NCBI GenBank assembly: GCA_963693055.1
Contig: OY843751.1
Span: 5,760,001-5,824,000, forward strand
DNA length: 64,000 nt
Direction: 5' to 3'
Origin: a bacterium
GTDB taxonomy: Bacteria > Zhuqueibacterota > Zhuqueibacteria > Residuimicrobiales > Krinioviventaceae
This document shows, in pieces, positions 19,640 through 30,400 of this stretch. The position numbers and the translations under genes are program-made. A model generated the notes under the pieces. The model was not told the DNA's origin. It worked only from the letters and a program-made list of their open reading frames with translations, and did not search any database. Numbering within the stretch: position 1 is the stretch's first letter; each line of letters opens with the position of its first letter.

Positions 19640-19660
19640 TTCAAACAACGGGGTAAGAGC

Positions 19661-20239
19661 ATGTATAACGTTGCACCCAAAGGTTCGGGCTGGATAGAAG
19701 TCATATGCGGAAGCATGTTTAGCGGCAAATCCGAAGAACTGATACGAAGACTGAAACGCGCACAGATCGCTAAATTAAACGTCTCCATTTTCAAACCTGA
19801 AATTGATGACAGATATTCTTCTAATCATATTGTATCGCACAGTGAACAGAAAATACCTTCAACATCCGTTACGTCTGCCTCTGATATTCTAGACCAGGCA
19901 TTAAAAGCTACCGTAGTAGGTATTGATGAAGCACAATTCTTTGACATGGATCTGGTGGATGTTTGTCAGGAATTGGCAAACCGTGGGAAACGGGTAATTG
20001 TAGCAGGGCTGGATCAGGACTATAGAGGTGTGCCCTTTGAACCCATCCCTCAATTGCTGGCTGTCGCGGAATATATCACCAAAACCCTGGCTATTTGCGT
20101 ACAATGTGGACGCCCAGCAAATCGTACCCAGCGTCTCAGCAACGACTCTCATCGTGTTGTTGTGGGATCTGGCGATATTTATGAAGCACGTTGCAGATTC
20201 TGCCATACTGTTTTCACAGAACATAAACCGGATAATTAA
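19661..20239 (+). CDS. tdk: Thymidine kinase
   Basis: [24 protein letters not shown], CxxC...YEARCRFC. Confidence 0.96.
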   Translation: MYNVAPKGSGWIEVICGSMFSGKSEELIRRLKRAQIAKLNVSIFKPEIDDRYSSNHIVSHSEQKIPSTSVTSASDILDQALKATVVGIDEAQFFDMDLVDVCQELANRGKRVIVAGLDQDYRGVPFEPIPQLLAVAEYITKTLAICVQCGRPANRTQRLSNDSHRVVVGSGDIYEARCRFCHTVFTEHKPDN

Positions 20240-20251
20240 AAAGGATTCTTT

Positions 20252-21835
20252 ATGAGATTCATCGGAATACTTGGTGTTGTAGTACTGGTTGGGTTGGCTT
20301 ATATCTTTTCAAAATCCCGCTCTGCCGTAAAATTCAGAATTGTTGCCTGGGGATTAGGTCTCCAGTTCCTGTTTGCAACAATCATCCTCAGCAAATCATA
20401 CCTCTCATGGATTGGTATGTATGTTTTCTTTAGTCTTATTCTGCTTTATATTTTCGAGAGCCACATTCGTTTAAAAGACGGACTTTTAACCAATGCCGGT
20501 AAACTTTTGGCAATGATTGCAGCATCCCTGGTTATAACATTTGCCGGTTACTTGATTGACAAACCCGGTTTTGGTGGGTATCTGATTGGTATTCTTGTAC
20601 TGACCATGCTTGTTTTAAAACTAGTGAAAAAAGGTAGTAACAACAAGTACATTTATGGCAGCATACAATTCCTGGCATTGGGTATCTTTTTACAACGCAA
20701 CATTGTAGGTAAAGACCTGTTTGCCTCATTATCAAACGGTGTAGCCGAATTTTTAAAACTGACCGATGTGGGCAGCTTGTTCCTGTTTGGCAACTTGGCT
20801 AACCCCGAATACTTTGATACCTTTGGCTTCCAGTTTGCTTTTTCCGTATTGCCTACAATCATCTTTTTCTCGGCTGTCATGTCCATTCTCTATTATCTCG
20901 GTGTAATGCAGGCGGTTGTTCAGGTAATGGCGCGCTTTATGCGCTGGACCATGGGCACTTCCGGTGCGGAGACACTGTCCTGTTCTGCAAATATTTTTGT
21001 GGGCCAAACCGAGGCTCCCTTTTTAATTAAACCTTTTATTGAAGACATGACCGAGTCTGAGTTACACGCTATTATGGTTGGCGGATTTGCAACAATCGCC
21101 GGTGGTGTGCTGGCCGGATATATCCGGTTGGGTGTAAACGCCGGGCACCTTATTGCTGCTAGTGTTATGTCAGCTCCGGCAGCCCTTGCTATTGCCAAGG
21201 TATTGCTGCCTGAAACAAAACACTCTAAAACCGCGGGTGATGTTGAAATACCAAAAATCAAATCAGCAGACAACCTGTTAGATGCCACAACACAAGGTGT
21301 AACTGATGGACTTAAACTTGCCGTAAATGTAGGCGCCATGCTGCTTGCCTTTTTGGCATTGGTGGCAATGATTGATTCTATATTCGGTTACTTTGACAAA
21401 TTGATTGATTACAGACTGTTGGGCGGAGTGCTTAACGAAGCCCGCGGCGAGTACCAGGGCATCTTTCCCGGAAGCTTGAAAACGCTTTTGGGCACCATTT
21501 TTTCCCCCCTTGCATTTGTTATGGGTGTTCCCTGGAAAGAAGCCATGGATGTAGGTAACTTGATGGGTATCAAAGTTGCCGTTAATGAATTTGTAGGTTA
21601 TGCCGAACTTGCCAACCACATTAAAGCGGGTGATATTTCAATACGTTCTATCACCATCGCCACATATGCATTGTGTGGTTTTGCAAACCTATCGTCTATT
21701 GGTATACAAATCGGTGGAATCAGCGCGCTGGTTCCTTCAAGAAGATCAGACTTGTCACGTGTTGCACTTCGGGCCATGGCTGGTGGTGCGCTTGCATCAT
21801 GGTTGACAGCAACCATAGCAGGATTATTGATCTAG
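20252..21835 (+). CDS. nupC: Concentrative nucleoside transporter (NupC/CNT family) with extra TM insertion
   Basis: WGLGLQ, FAFSVLPTIIFFSA, ANIFVGQTEAP, GFATIAG, NEFVGY, YALCGFAN. Confidence 0.92.
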   Translation: MRFIGILGVVVLVGLAYIFSKSRSAVKFRIVAWGLGLQFLFATIILSKSYLSWIGMYVFFSLILLYIFESHIRLKDGLLTNAGKLLAMIAASLVITFAGYLIDKPGFGGYLIGILVLTMLVLKLVKKGSNNKYIYGSIQFLALGIFLQRNIVGKDLFASLSNGVAEFLKLTDVGSLFLFGNLANPEYFDTFGFQFAFSVLPTIIFFSAVMSILYYLGVMQAVVQVMARFMRWTMGTSGAETLSCSANIFVGQTEAPFLIKPFIEDMTESELHAIMVGGFATIAGGVLAGYIRLGVNAGHLIAASVMSAPAALAIAKVLLPETKHSKTAGDVEIPKIKSADNLLDATTQGVTDGLKLAVNVGAMLLAFLALVAMIDSIFGYFDKLIDYRLLGGVLNEARGEYQGIFPGSLKTLLGTIFSPLAFVMGVPWKEAMDVGNLMGIKVAVNEFVGYAELANHIKAGDISIRSITIATYALCGFANLSSIGIQIGGISALVPSRRSDLSRVALRAMAGGALASWLTATIAGLLI

Positions 21836-21836
21836 T

Positions 21837-22661
21837 ATGAAATTAAAAAAGAAAATTCAAAAATCTATCGAATATCTTGAACCGCTCTTTCCTGAAATGC
21901 CTGAAACCGCCATTGTGCTGGGTTCAGGCTTGGGTGGTTACGCAGATACACTCAAAGACACAGTAACCATAAAAACCAAGTCTATACCCCATTATCCGGT
22001 TTCTACTGTGCCGGGTCACAAGGGGCAATGGGTAATTGGAAATATCAACGGTACCCGTGTGCTTGCGGTCCAGGGTAGGGTCCATCGTTACGAGGGCTAT
22101 ACATTAAAGCAGGTGACCTACCCGGTACAACTCTTGGCAAGCATGGGTGTAAAAAACCTGATATTGACAACCGCAAGTGGTGGACTGAATCCGGACTTTA
22201 CTCCGGGAGACTTGATGCTGATAACAGACCACATCAATTTTGGATTTGGAAATCCGCTTATTGGCAAGCCAGACAATCTGCTGGGCCCCCGATTCCCGGA
22301 TATGACCGAAGCTTATAACCTGGAACTACGCAAAACCCTTGAGACCGTTGCCGAACGTGAAAACATCTCTATGCAAAAAGGTGTGTTTTGCTGGGTAACC
22401 GGACCCAACTATGAAACCGCTGCTGAAGTACGAATGCTGAGAATGATGGGTGGCGACGCAGTATCCATGTCTACGGTCCCGGAAGTTATTGTAGCCAATC
22501 AACGCCATATGAATGTACTGGGTATTTCCATAATAACCAATCTGGCAACCGGACTGGCAAAAAACAAGCTGACACACTCGGAAGTAACAGAAATGGCAGA
22601 CAAGGCCGGAGAAAAACTGAGCAGACTGCTTACTGCTTTTGCACAAGAAATTGGATCATGA
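21837..22661 (+). CDS. punA: Purine-nucleoside phosphorylase (trimeric type)
   Basis: VLGSGLG, STVPGHKG, QGRVHRYEG, GPNYETAAE, MSTVPE, ITNLA. Confidence 0.93.
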   Translation: MKLKKKIQKSIEYLEPLFPEMPETAIVLGSGLGGYADTLKDTVTIKTKSIPHYPVSTVPGHKGQWVIGNINGTRVLAVQGRVHRYEGYTLKQVTYPVQLLASMGVKNLILTTASGGLNPDFTPGDLMLITDHINFGFGNPLIGKPDNLLGPRFPDMTEAYNLELRKTLETVAERENISMQKGVFCWVTGPNYETAAEVRMLRMMGGDAVSMSTVPEVIVANQRHMNVLGISIITNLATGLAKNKLTHSEVTEMADKAGEKLSRLLTAFAQEIGS

Positions 22662-23230
22662 ACCTGTGGAACCTGAAAGCTCCGCTTTATCAATGGTTCC
22701 GCAGTCCATGGCCTTTGAGCCAAATTTACACCGCTGAACAGCGGCAAATTAAAACTTTGATAAAATTATTGCCTGACCTGTCGGGATGGGGACTCGATAT
22801 AGCATGCGGCAACGGTGATTCTCTTGATCTTTTACCCGAACAACTCTCCAAACTGGGCTCTGACAAGAGCATCGCTATGGTTCAAAAAAGCCAACAAAAA
22901 TATTATTCCGCAATAGCCTCAGACGCACTGCACCAGGCTGTGCGCAGCCATTCAATAACCTTAATCACCTCAATTGGATTATCTGAATACATTAAAGATT
23001 TGCCCCAATTGTTCAAAGAATGTAACCGGTGCTTATTACCCGGTGGATATCTACTGCTCACCAGCTCTCCCCCGGGCTGGTTCACATTTTTGCGAAGTGT
23101 AGGGGTAAACCGGATCCATGCAAGAACAACTGAAAACATTCAATCTCTTGCTCATGAATCCGGATTCACAACAATTTCTTTTAAACATTCCTTTTCACAG
23201 GATGCGTTTTTATTTAAACGCAGTACCTAA
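22658..23230 (+). CDS. Class I SAM-dependent methyltransferase
   Basis: LDIACGNG motif I; RCLLPGG motif; ATGA overlap with punA. Confidence 0.8.
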   Translation: MNLWNLKAPLYQWFRSPWPLSQIYTAEQRQIKTLIKLLPDLSGWGLDIACGNGDSLDLLPEQLSKLGSDKSIAMVQKSQQKYYSAIASDALHQAVRSHSITLITSIGLSEYIKDLPQLFKECNRCLLPGGYLLLTSSPPGWFTFLRSVGVNRIHARTTENIQSLAHESGFTTISFKHSFSQDAFLFKRST

Positions 23231-23232
23231 AA

Positions 23233-24345
23233 CTAGGCACGTAAATAGATTTTGTGTTTATGTAAAAAATGCAGAAATAGAATCTTGACTGCCAACACAC
23301 AGAGTATAGTAAATACAACTTTGAAATCACCCAGATATTCAACAAATCCATGAATAAAAACCTGGGCCACATCTCCAAACTTGAACAGACGCTGTGCCAC
23401 ATAAATAGTTATGGGATTCAGACCAATCACAATAAACGGATACGCCCAACGCTGCCATCCTTTTATATCCACAATCCAGTAAAACAGGGCAAGCAGCAGC
23501 AGACTCCAGCCAACGGTCCACAGAACATAAGTCGACGTCCACAACAACTTGTTGATGGGGAAAACCAGTCCCCACAATCCGCCAACGAGTAGTGATGCAA
23601 CTCCCGCTGCAACCAGGCCCAGTGCCTTTTTGGTTTGAGACGCTTCGGAAAGCATCCAATAACCTGCAAATACACCCATCAGGGTATTCACAATTGCCGG
23701 CAAGGTTGTAAGAATTCCTTCATTATCTCCAAAGGTATAACAACAGAATCTTCCCGGTAGCATCAACCTGTCAACATACCCAGCCAGATTAGCTTCAGGA
23801 GTAAGCTGTCCCGCACCAAATCCGGGTACCGGAATTAGCATCATCATTGCCCAATAGGCCAGCAATATAAAAGCAGCTATACCATATTGTACTTTTTTTG
23901 AGGTATGGATAAAAATGATTGATGCAAACAAATAACTAAATGCAATGCGCTGCAGTACTCCGGCATATCTAAAATTGCTAAAATTGAAATCAAACAATCC
24001 ATTAAAAACAAAACCTAAAAACAACAATAACAGAAAACGTTTAATAACATACTTGTACAACTCTTTTTTTGACAATCCCTTTTGTTTTCTTCGTCCCAGT
24101 GCTATAGCCATACTGGTACCCACTATAAACAAAAACATGGGAAAGATCTGGTCGTAAAAAGTGAATCCATTCCATTCCGTATGCTCAAACTGTCTGACAA
24201 GTGAATCGGTAAATGGTGTGTTGAACAGTCGAAAAAAGTTGCTGAATAGCGATGCCCCGCCAATGATCCAAAACATATCAAATCCACGCAATACATCTAA
24301 CGATAGAATGCGCCCCTGGGGAATTCCCGACAATCGATGCTCCAT
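23233..24345 (-). CDS. HGSNAT/NagX-like membrane acyltransferase (DUF1624/DUF5009)
   Basis: RILSLDVLRG, HTEWNG..FYDQIFPMFLFIVG, GVLQRIA, DNEGIL, PINKLLWTS, GLNPI. Confidence 0.88.
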   Translation of the reverse strand: MEHRLSGIPQGRILSLDVLRGFDMFWIIGGASLFSNFFRLFNTPFTDSLVRQFEHTEWNGFTFYDQIFPMFLFIVGTSMAIALGRRKQKGLSKKELYKYVIKRFLLLLFLGFVFNGLFDFNFSNFRYAGVLQRIAFSYLFASIIFIHTSKKVQYGIAAFILLAYWAMMMLIPVPGFGAGQLTPEANLAGYVDRLMLPGRFCCYTFGDNEGILTTLPAIVNTLMGVFAGYWMLSEASQTKKALGLVAAGVASLLVGGLWGLVFPINKLLWTSTYVLWTVGWSLLLLALFYWIVDIKGWQRWAYPFIVIGLNPITIYVAQRLFKFGDVAQVFIHGFVEYLGDFKVVFTILCVLAVKILFLHFLHKHKIYLRA

Positions 24346-24424
24346 ACTATTGCCCTCGTTTAATTTAATAACCAGATGTGTTTCTGTACAAGCAGAAATA
24401 ATTATAATAATTAAGAATTACAAC

Positions 24425-27400
24425 TTAACGCCAGTCACCCGTAAGGGTGAATGCTGCCCAAAAGGACGGATAAGGATTGATTTCGTCATGAACGATTTTT
24501 TGTGCCATGCGTAACGCGTCAGCACGGGATTTACCTTCTGACAAATACCGGAAAAATCGTTTTACAAGCACTGCGGTAGCCAGATCATCCACTTTCCACA
24601 AACTGCTGAGCAGTGAAGAGGTGCCCGCATATATAAAACTTCGCGACAATCCTACCACTTCATCTCCGCCACGGATGGTACCCAGCCCGGTTTCACAGGC
24701 ACTCATGGCAACAATATATGCATTCAGATCAAGCGAGAAAATCTCTTCTGCCTCAAGTTTGCCATCATTCGTGGAATCTGGTGATAACAGCAATGCAGAC
24801 AAGAGCGGATTCGCGTCATCGTATTCTCCATGACAACTGAAAACCATAATGGGTGGATACTCTGAAAAAGAATACAAATTGGTTTCCGTAGCACGTTTAT
24901 TTAAAAGCATATTCACATGGGTGAAATAGCGGTTCAAACTGTTCACTTCGCGAGAAGCAAAGGGCAGGTCCCATTTTTTACTGCCAAGATCGGGATTCCC
25001 AAACGCAAGCACACTCATACTGTCTCTGTTCGTTATGTGCAAAGAATCACCCTTGTCCAGACAATACGCCATAACGGTTGCACTGGGTGCAATAGATAGC
25101 GAGTGAGACAATCCGAAATAGACCTGGTCTTTGTTCTGCAGAACAGCAAACGGCAGATAGTGCAGACTGCCCTGAGGAACCAGAACCAAATGGTCTGTCT
25201 TGTAAAGCTCAGTATCCCAGGGGCCAATAAGCTTTTCATACAAAGATTGAGACCAGTTCGATACAGACAATTGCCTGTCAAGGACCTGACGCAGTTCAAA
25301 GACATCCTTTTCAAACTGTTCCGGATCAATTTCAATCTTGCGGTAATCAATCCCTACACGGGTCAACAACCACGAATAGAGATGATCTTTATAAAGATAG
25401 AATTCCAAAATACCCACACGCGCTGGCAGTTTTTCTTTCAATTGCTCAACTGTCAAAGGATTAACAGACAGCATATCAGACAGCTCGGGATCACTCTGTT
25501 GCAGGCGAACCAATAATGAATCGCGTTCCTGCTCTATCTGTTTAACCAGATCTTCAAGCTGGTTCATTTCATCCTGCGCCAGGCTGTCATTTTTTGAGCG
25601 AAGATAAAACAACCGGGTTTGTGTTTCTTTTAACTTTGTATCCAGGCTGTCTTCTTTTGCCAACAGATCACGATTTTGTGTATTAAACGCAATTTCTTTA
25701 CTTCCCAGCATATCCAAAAAACTGCGGCTTTTTGAGCGTTCAACCAGATCAAAAGCTTGTTCAACCTGGCCCTGTTCAAGGTGCAGATCAATGAGCGCGC
25801 CGTACACATCCAGTTTATCATCTACAAAGCCCGAAGCAAATTCTTCTACTTTAATCATTGCCCGCATAGATTCAATCACATCAATTGCTTTGTAATATTG
25901 TGCGGAAACACTATCCGCATTGACACCCTGCCAGGTCTCTGCAAGATATTTGTGCGCACGCCATTGGATCTCAGGCATGTACAAATTTTCAGCAAGTTCT
26001 GCAGATTTGCCGAAAAAGACCCGCGCGCTGTCTGGACGTACATCCAGCATCTCCAAACGACCCAGTTCAAGATAACATTGCGTGGTATTGCGCCAGTCCT
26101 GAATGTCTTGAGAAATTTGTAAAGATCGATTCAAATGTTGTCGTGAAGGCGAGTTGACCCCCATACCGATCTGTATGGATGCGATATTACGAAGATCATA
26201 AGCCATGCCCCGCTTTGAATTGATTAACGAATCAATCTCTGCAGCCTGCTCAAAGCTGGATAATGCCAGATCATCCCTACCCTGCGCGCGCTGTATCATT
26301 CCAATATTCTTGTAGATGGTTGCTTCATCCTTACGGTCGCCAAGCGCAGTAGCCAGCTCGAGAGCTTTGAGTTCAAAGGTCTGCGCTTTTTCAGGATCAC
26401 CAAAGCTAAGCGCAATCAATCCACGGGTAGCATTGGCTACCTGTAACAATTTATTATCCTGCAAAGATTCAAAAATAGCGAGTGCCTGCTCCTGCTGTTC
26501 AAGCGCACTCTGATAACTGCCCATCTTCCAAAAAACATTTGCCAGATACTGTCGCGACAGTCCCTGTAATCTCACATCATCAAGCTGAACAGCATATTCA
26601 AGTGCCTGTTGTTGGTATGCCAGAGCACGTTTATAGTTGGCCATTTTTTCATTGGTATTACCCAGGTTGTGTAGCGCATCCACAAAATCCGGGGTTATAC
26701 CCAAGGTCTTGAAAATATCCAAAGCCTGACGCTGTACAACCAATGCGTCGTAATAATTGTCAAGATAAAAGAAATTTACCCGCCCTACATCTCGAAGGCA
26801 CTGTGCTTCTCCTTCCCGGTTTTCAATGGATCTGAATTTATCCAGGGCTTCTGTAAAAAGAGACAGCGCTAGTTTATATTGGCCGCCGCGTTCATAGATC
26901 AAACCGGTCTCGCGTAAAGAGTGTGCCTCTTCTTCTTTTAATCCATATTGTTCAGCCAATCGGGTAAAGCGTGCTTTGGCCTCAATGCCTTTATCAAATT
27001 CTTTATTCTGTGTATAAAAGAATGCCAGATTGCTGTATCCGTTTGCTTCCGCAGCTACATCGTTAGTGGCTTGTGCATTTTCAATCTGGGTCAATTGTGT
27101 TTCAATCGCTTTGCTCCAAAAGCCTCCGTTTACGGCACACTCGAGTATTCTCTGCTGTAACAGCTCAATGCTTTCCGAATCATTTTGCCGCTCTGCCATA
27201 CGCTGGGCGCTTTCATACATCCGGATTGCATCCTCCCACTCTCCCAATTCATACGCACTGTGGCCACGGCGTACCTGGCCTTCAAATCCCTCTTGCGCGT
27301 ATTGCTCTTCTTCATCCCGGGACATACCCCCAAAACCATATAACTGATACCCTGCCCAGAACCTGAACGAGGAATCTGCCTGAGCATAATGATTACGGGT

Positions 27401-30400
27401 CATATTTAAAGCTTCTGCTGCCGGAAAATCCTGAAGAAATTTATAATAAACGGATAAAAACTCTTTTTCACTTTCTGGCGGAAGCGGCCACAATGACACC
27501 AGCATGGATGGGACTCCGGCATATCCAAACGCCCGTTCCCATGCTATGAATGGCTGACTGAATTTTCTGAATGGAATATCGTGCTCAAAACTGAGCTGAA
27601 CAAGTCCGGCATTCAAATTCATGGCATACAAATCAATAGAAGAAAAAACCGCTAGTGACGACTGTTTGATCCTGAAACCCATTCGTGAGCGTGCAGGATC
27701 AATTTCGTTCCATTCTCCCTGCACTTGCAGATAAATCACATCCGAACGACCCAAGGGCTGACCCTGCGCAGAAAAACTGTTTTGCTCCTGGCTGGTCATG
27801 GGAAGAATGACGGTATACCCTTCATCTTTTAATACCTGTGAAGACAAATCCCGTGATGCAAAAAAGATACGTTGCCCCTGAATTTTGCGCCGATCATAAG
27901 AATAATAGTAATCTGTCAAGCTGGTACTGGTAGTAATATCCATATCATCCGGATAGTTCCGGTACAACATTGCGCTCCAGGGAAGCAAGAGCAATTCATT
28001 AGGAGGTACAACTACAAGATGTTTTACAGGCGATTGCGCCTGGTCCAGTACTGCAAACAAGTTGATTCCCGACAAGTCCGGTATTTCATCAACACCCGTC
28101 TTAAACGCAGTGAATACCTGATCGGCAAATCGGTTCAACTCGTGCCGGGAAAGCTGGTAACCAATATAATTAATCTGATTTTTAGTAACCAGCCAGGTTA
28201 ACAGCTGATCTTCTAATTCTGTAAAATAGAGCAGGGCTTCACCCGGTCTGATCTTTTTTTGCAGCATTTCACACGTTACCGGATTCACACGCACAAGAGT
28301 CTCCAGTTCCGGCACTTCAAGACGTGCGTCACTGAGTAGGGTCTCATATTCCTGCTTATAAGAGTCCAGCTCTTTTCTTTTTTCTATAATATCTGCATAC
28401 GGAATATCAAACCGGTTCCTCATTTGCAGCAGGCTGATTTCCAGTTCATTAATTGTCCGTTGTAAAAACTTGGCATTGCCATAATAGATCTTGTGCCGCT
28501 CTTTACGCAAATCAATATTTTCACTGCTTACCATATCCAGATAAAGTTTTGCCCGCATTTGTTCAGACATGGCAAGCGCACCGTTAAGATCATTCTTTTC
28601 AACCATATATCGAATGACCCGCCGATAGGGTTTTTGATAGGTTGTACGCAGGGTTGCCGCATTTGCACCGGTAATTTTGGCAGGATGCGCTTGCAGTACA
28701 TCAATGGCTTCAATAAAATACTCGTAAGGATCTTTTTGAATAGAATACTTGACTTTGACATCTCGGGGCATCATGGAAAGCAGATCACCCATGTGGGTAT
28801 CTATTCTCCATAACATATCGTAATACGCGTTCCGTATTGCCATTCTTCGAGCATTTTGTAAATGCGCATAAGATTCGTCTGCATTGCCCAATTTGTAAAA
28901 CAACTTGCCCAGATCATATTCTATAGAGCATTCTTCTTCCAGCAGCTCGTATGCTTTGGCAGTTCTAAGCGCTTCTTCCAGATAGGTTTGCGCATAAGTG
29001 CCGTTTTCAAAAATAAAAAGGTTAGATTCTATATCACTTTTCAGGTCTTCCTGCTCATCAAAATGGATTAATGAAAAATCAGCAAGATAGCGATACATCT
29101 CTATCTTGATCTTTACATAACGAAATTCTTCATCCTGAATACGATCAAGGGCATCGTTAATATTTTCCGCCGCATCATTTTGATATTGCAAAAATTGATC
29201 TTTTACCTGTGTATAATCAAGCTGATCTTCCAGAATGGCAGCATTCATAGCCATTACAATTCTTGCAAGATTTGAACTGTTTAACAAAATTCCCCTAAGC
29301 AGCTTTTTATCCTTACACAGTTTCAAAGATTCGCTAAAACTGCCCCATGCATTTTCATAATCACCATTGAGAAAATACAAATAGCCTATATTGTTCAACA
29401 AGGTCGCCTGAGATGCTTTATCATCCTGTTTCTTAAACAGCACCATTTTTTTATCTAAATTGGTAATGGCTTCTTTGTAATTTTTTTCATAACTATAGCT
29501 TGAACCCAGAATGGTATAAACAAGTGCACTTTCATCCTCTGTAGTAAATCTCAAGGCCGCCATAGGCAGCATATTGTTCAAATTCACAAAAGGAACCGGC
29601 ACATGCAGACCTAATAGTCCGACTTTGACCCGTGAAGGATCTTGCTTTATCTCTTTGACCTTTCCGCTTTGCAGCAACTCGAGCGCTTGTTTGGCATAAT
29701 AAATAGCATCCTGCGGTTCTTCCAAAATCAAATAATTCAGCGCAATACTTCGATAACTCCGCATCAGGTTATCATACATGTTTTTGCGTTTATAAATATC
29801 AGCTACTTTTTGAAAATACTCGACAGCAAACTCGCTCAAACCGGTATCCTGATATAACAATGCCAAACGGCTTAAATTTAACAGTACGTGGCCTTCATCT
29901 TCCAGTTCAGTATATAGCTGAATTGCCCTAAGCAGATATTTTTCACCACCTACTACATCTTCAACTTTGTAAGAGCAATGCCCCATGCGCTCATAAATAA
30001 GAGCCTCGCGTTGTTTATCATAAAAGGTTGAATCATATTTGAGCTTGATGTGATAATATTCATATGCTTTGGCATAACCATATTCACCCAAATTATAATA
30101 ATTGTTGGCCAGGTTAAGCGCAAGGTTGGCTTCAAGATCGGGATCAACCTCTGCATCGTTTAAACCAATAGCCTTGGTCAACTCGTGAATAGCGCGTTCA
30201 TAATATCCGCGTTTGGGTTCTACTTTGGCAAAGGTCACAATATCATATACATAGTCAAATGGAGTTCGCAAGGTATTCCACAGCCTGATATAAAATGGCT
30301 TGGGTTTGGCACGTTCACGCGCTTCGGCCTGCTCCATCATTTCATAATTATAACTCAGGGTCAAATACGGCTGAACCATGGTATAGTCTAAGGCTAGCGC

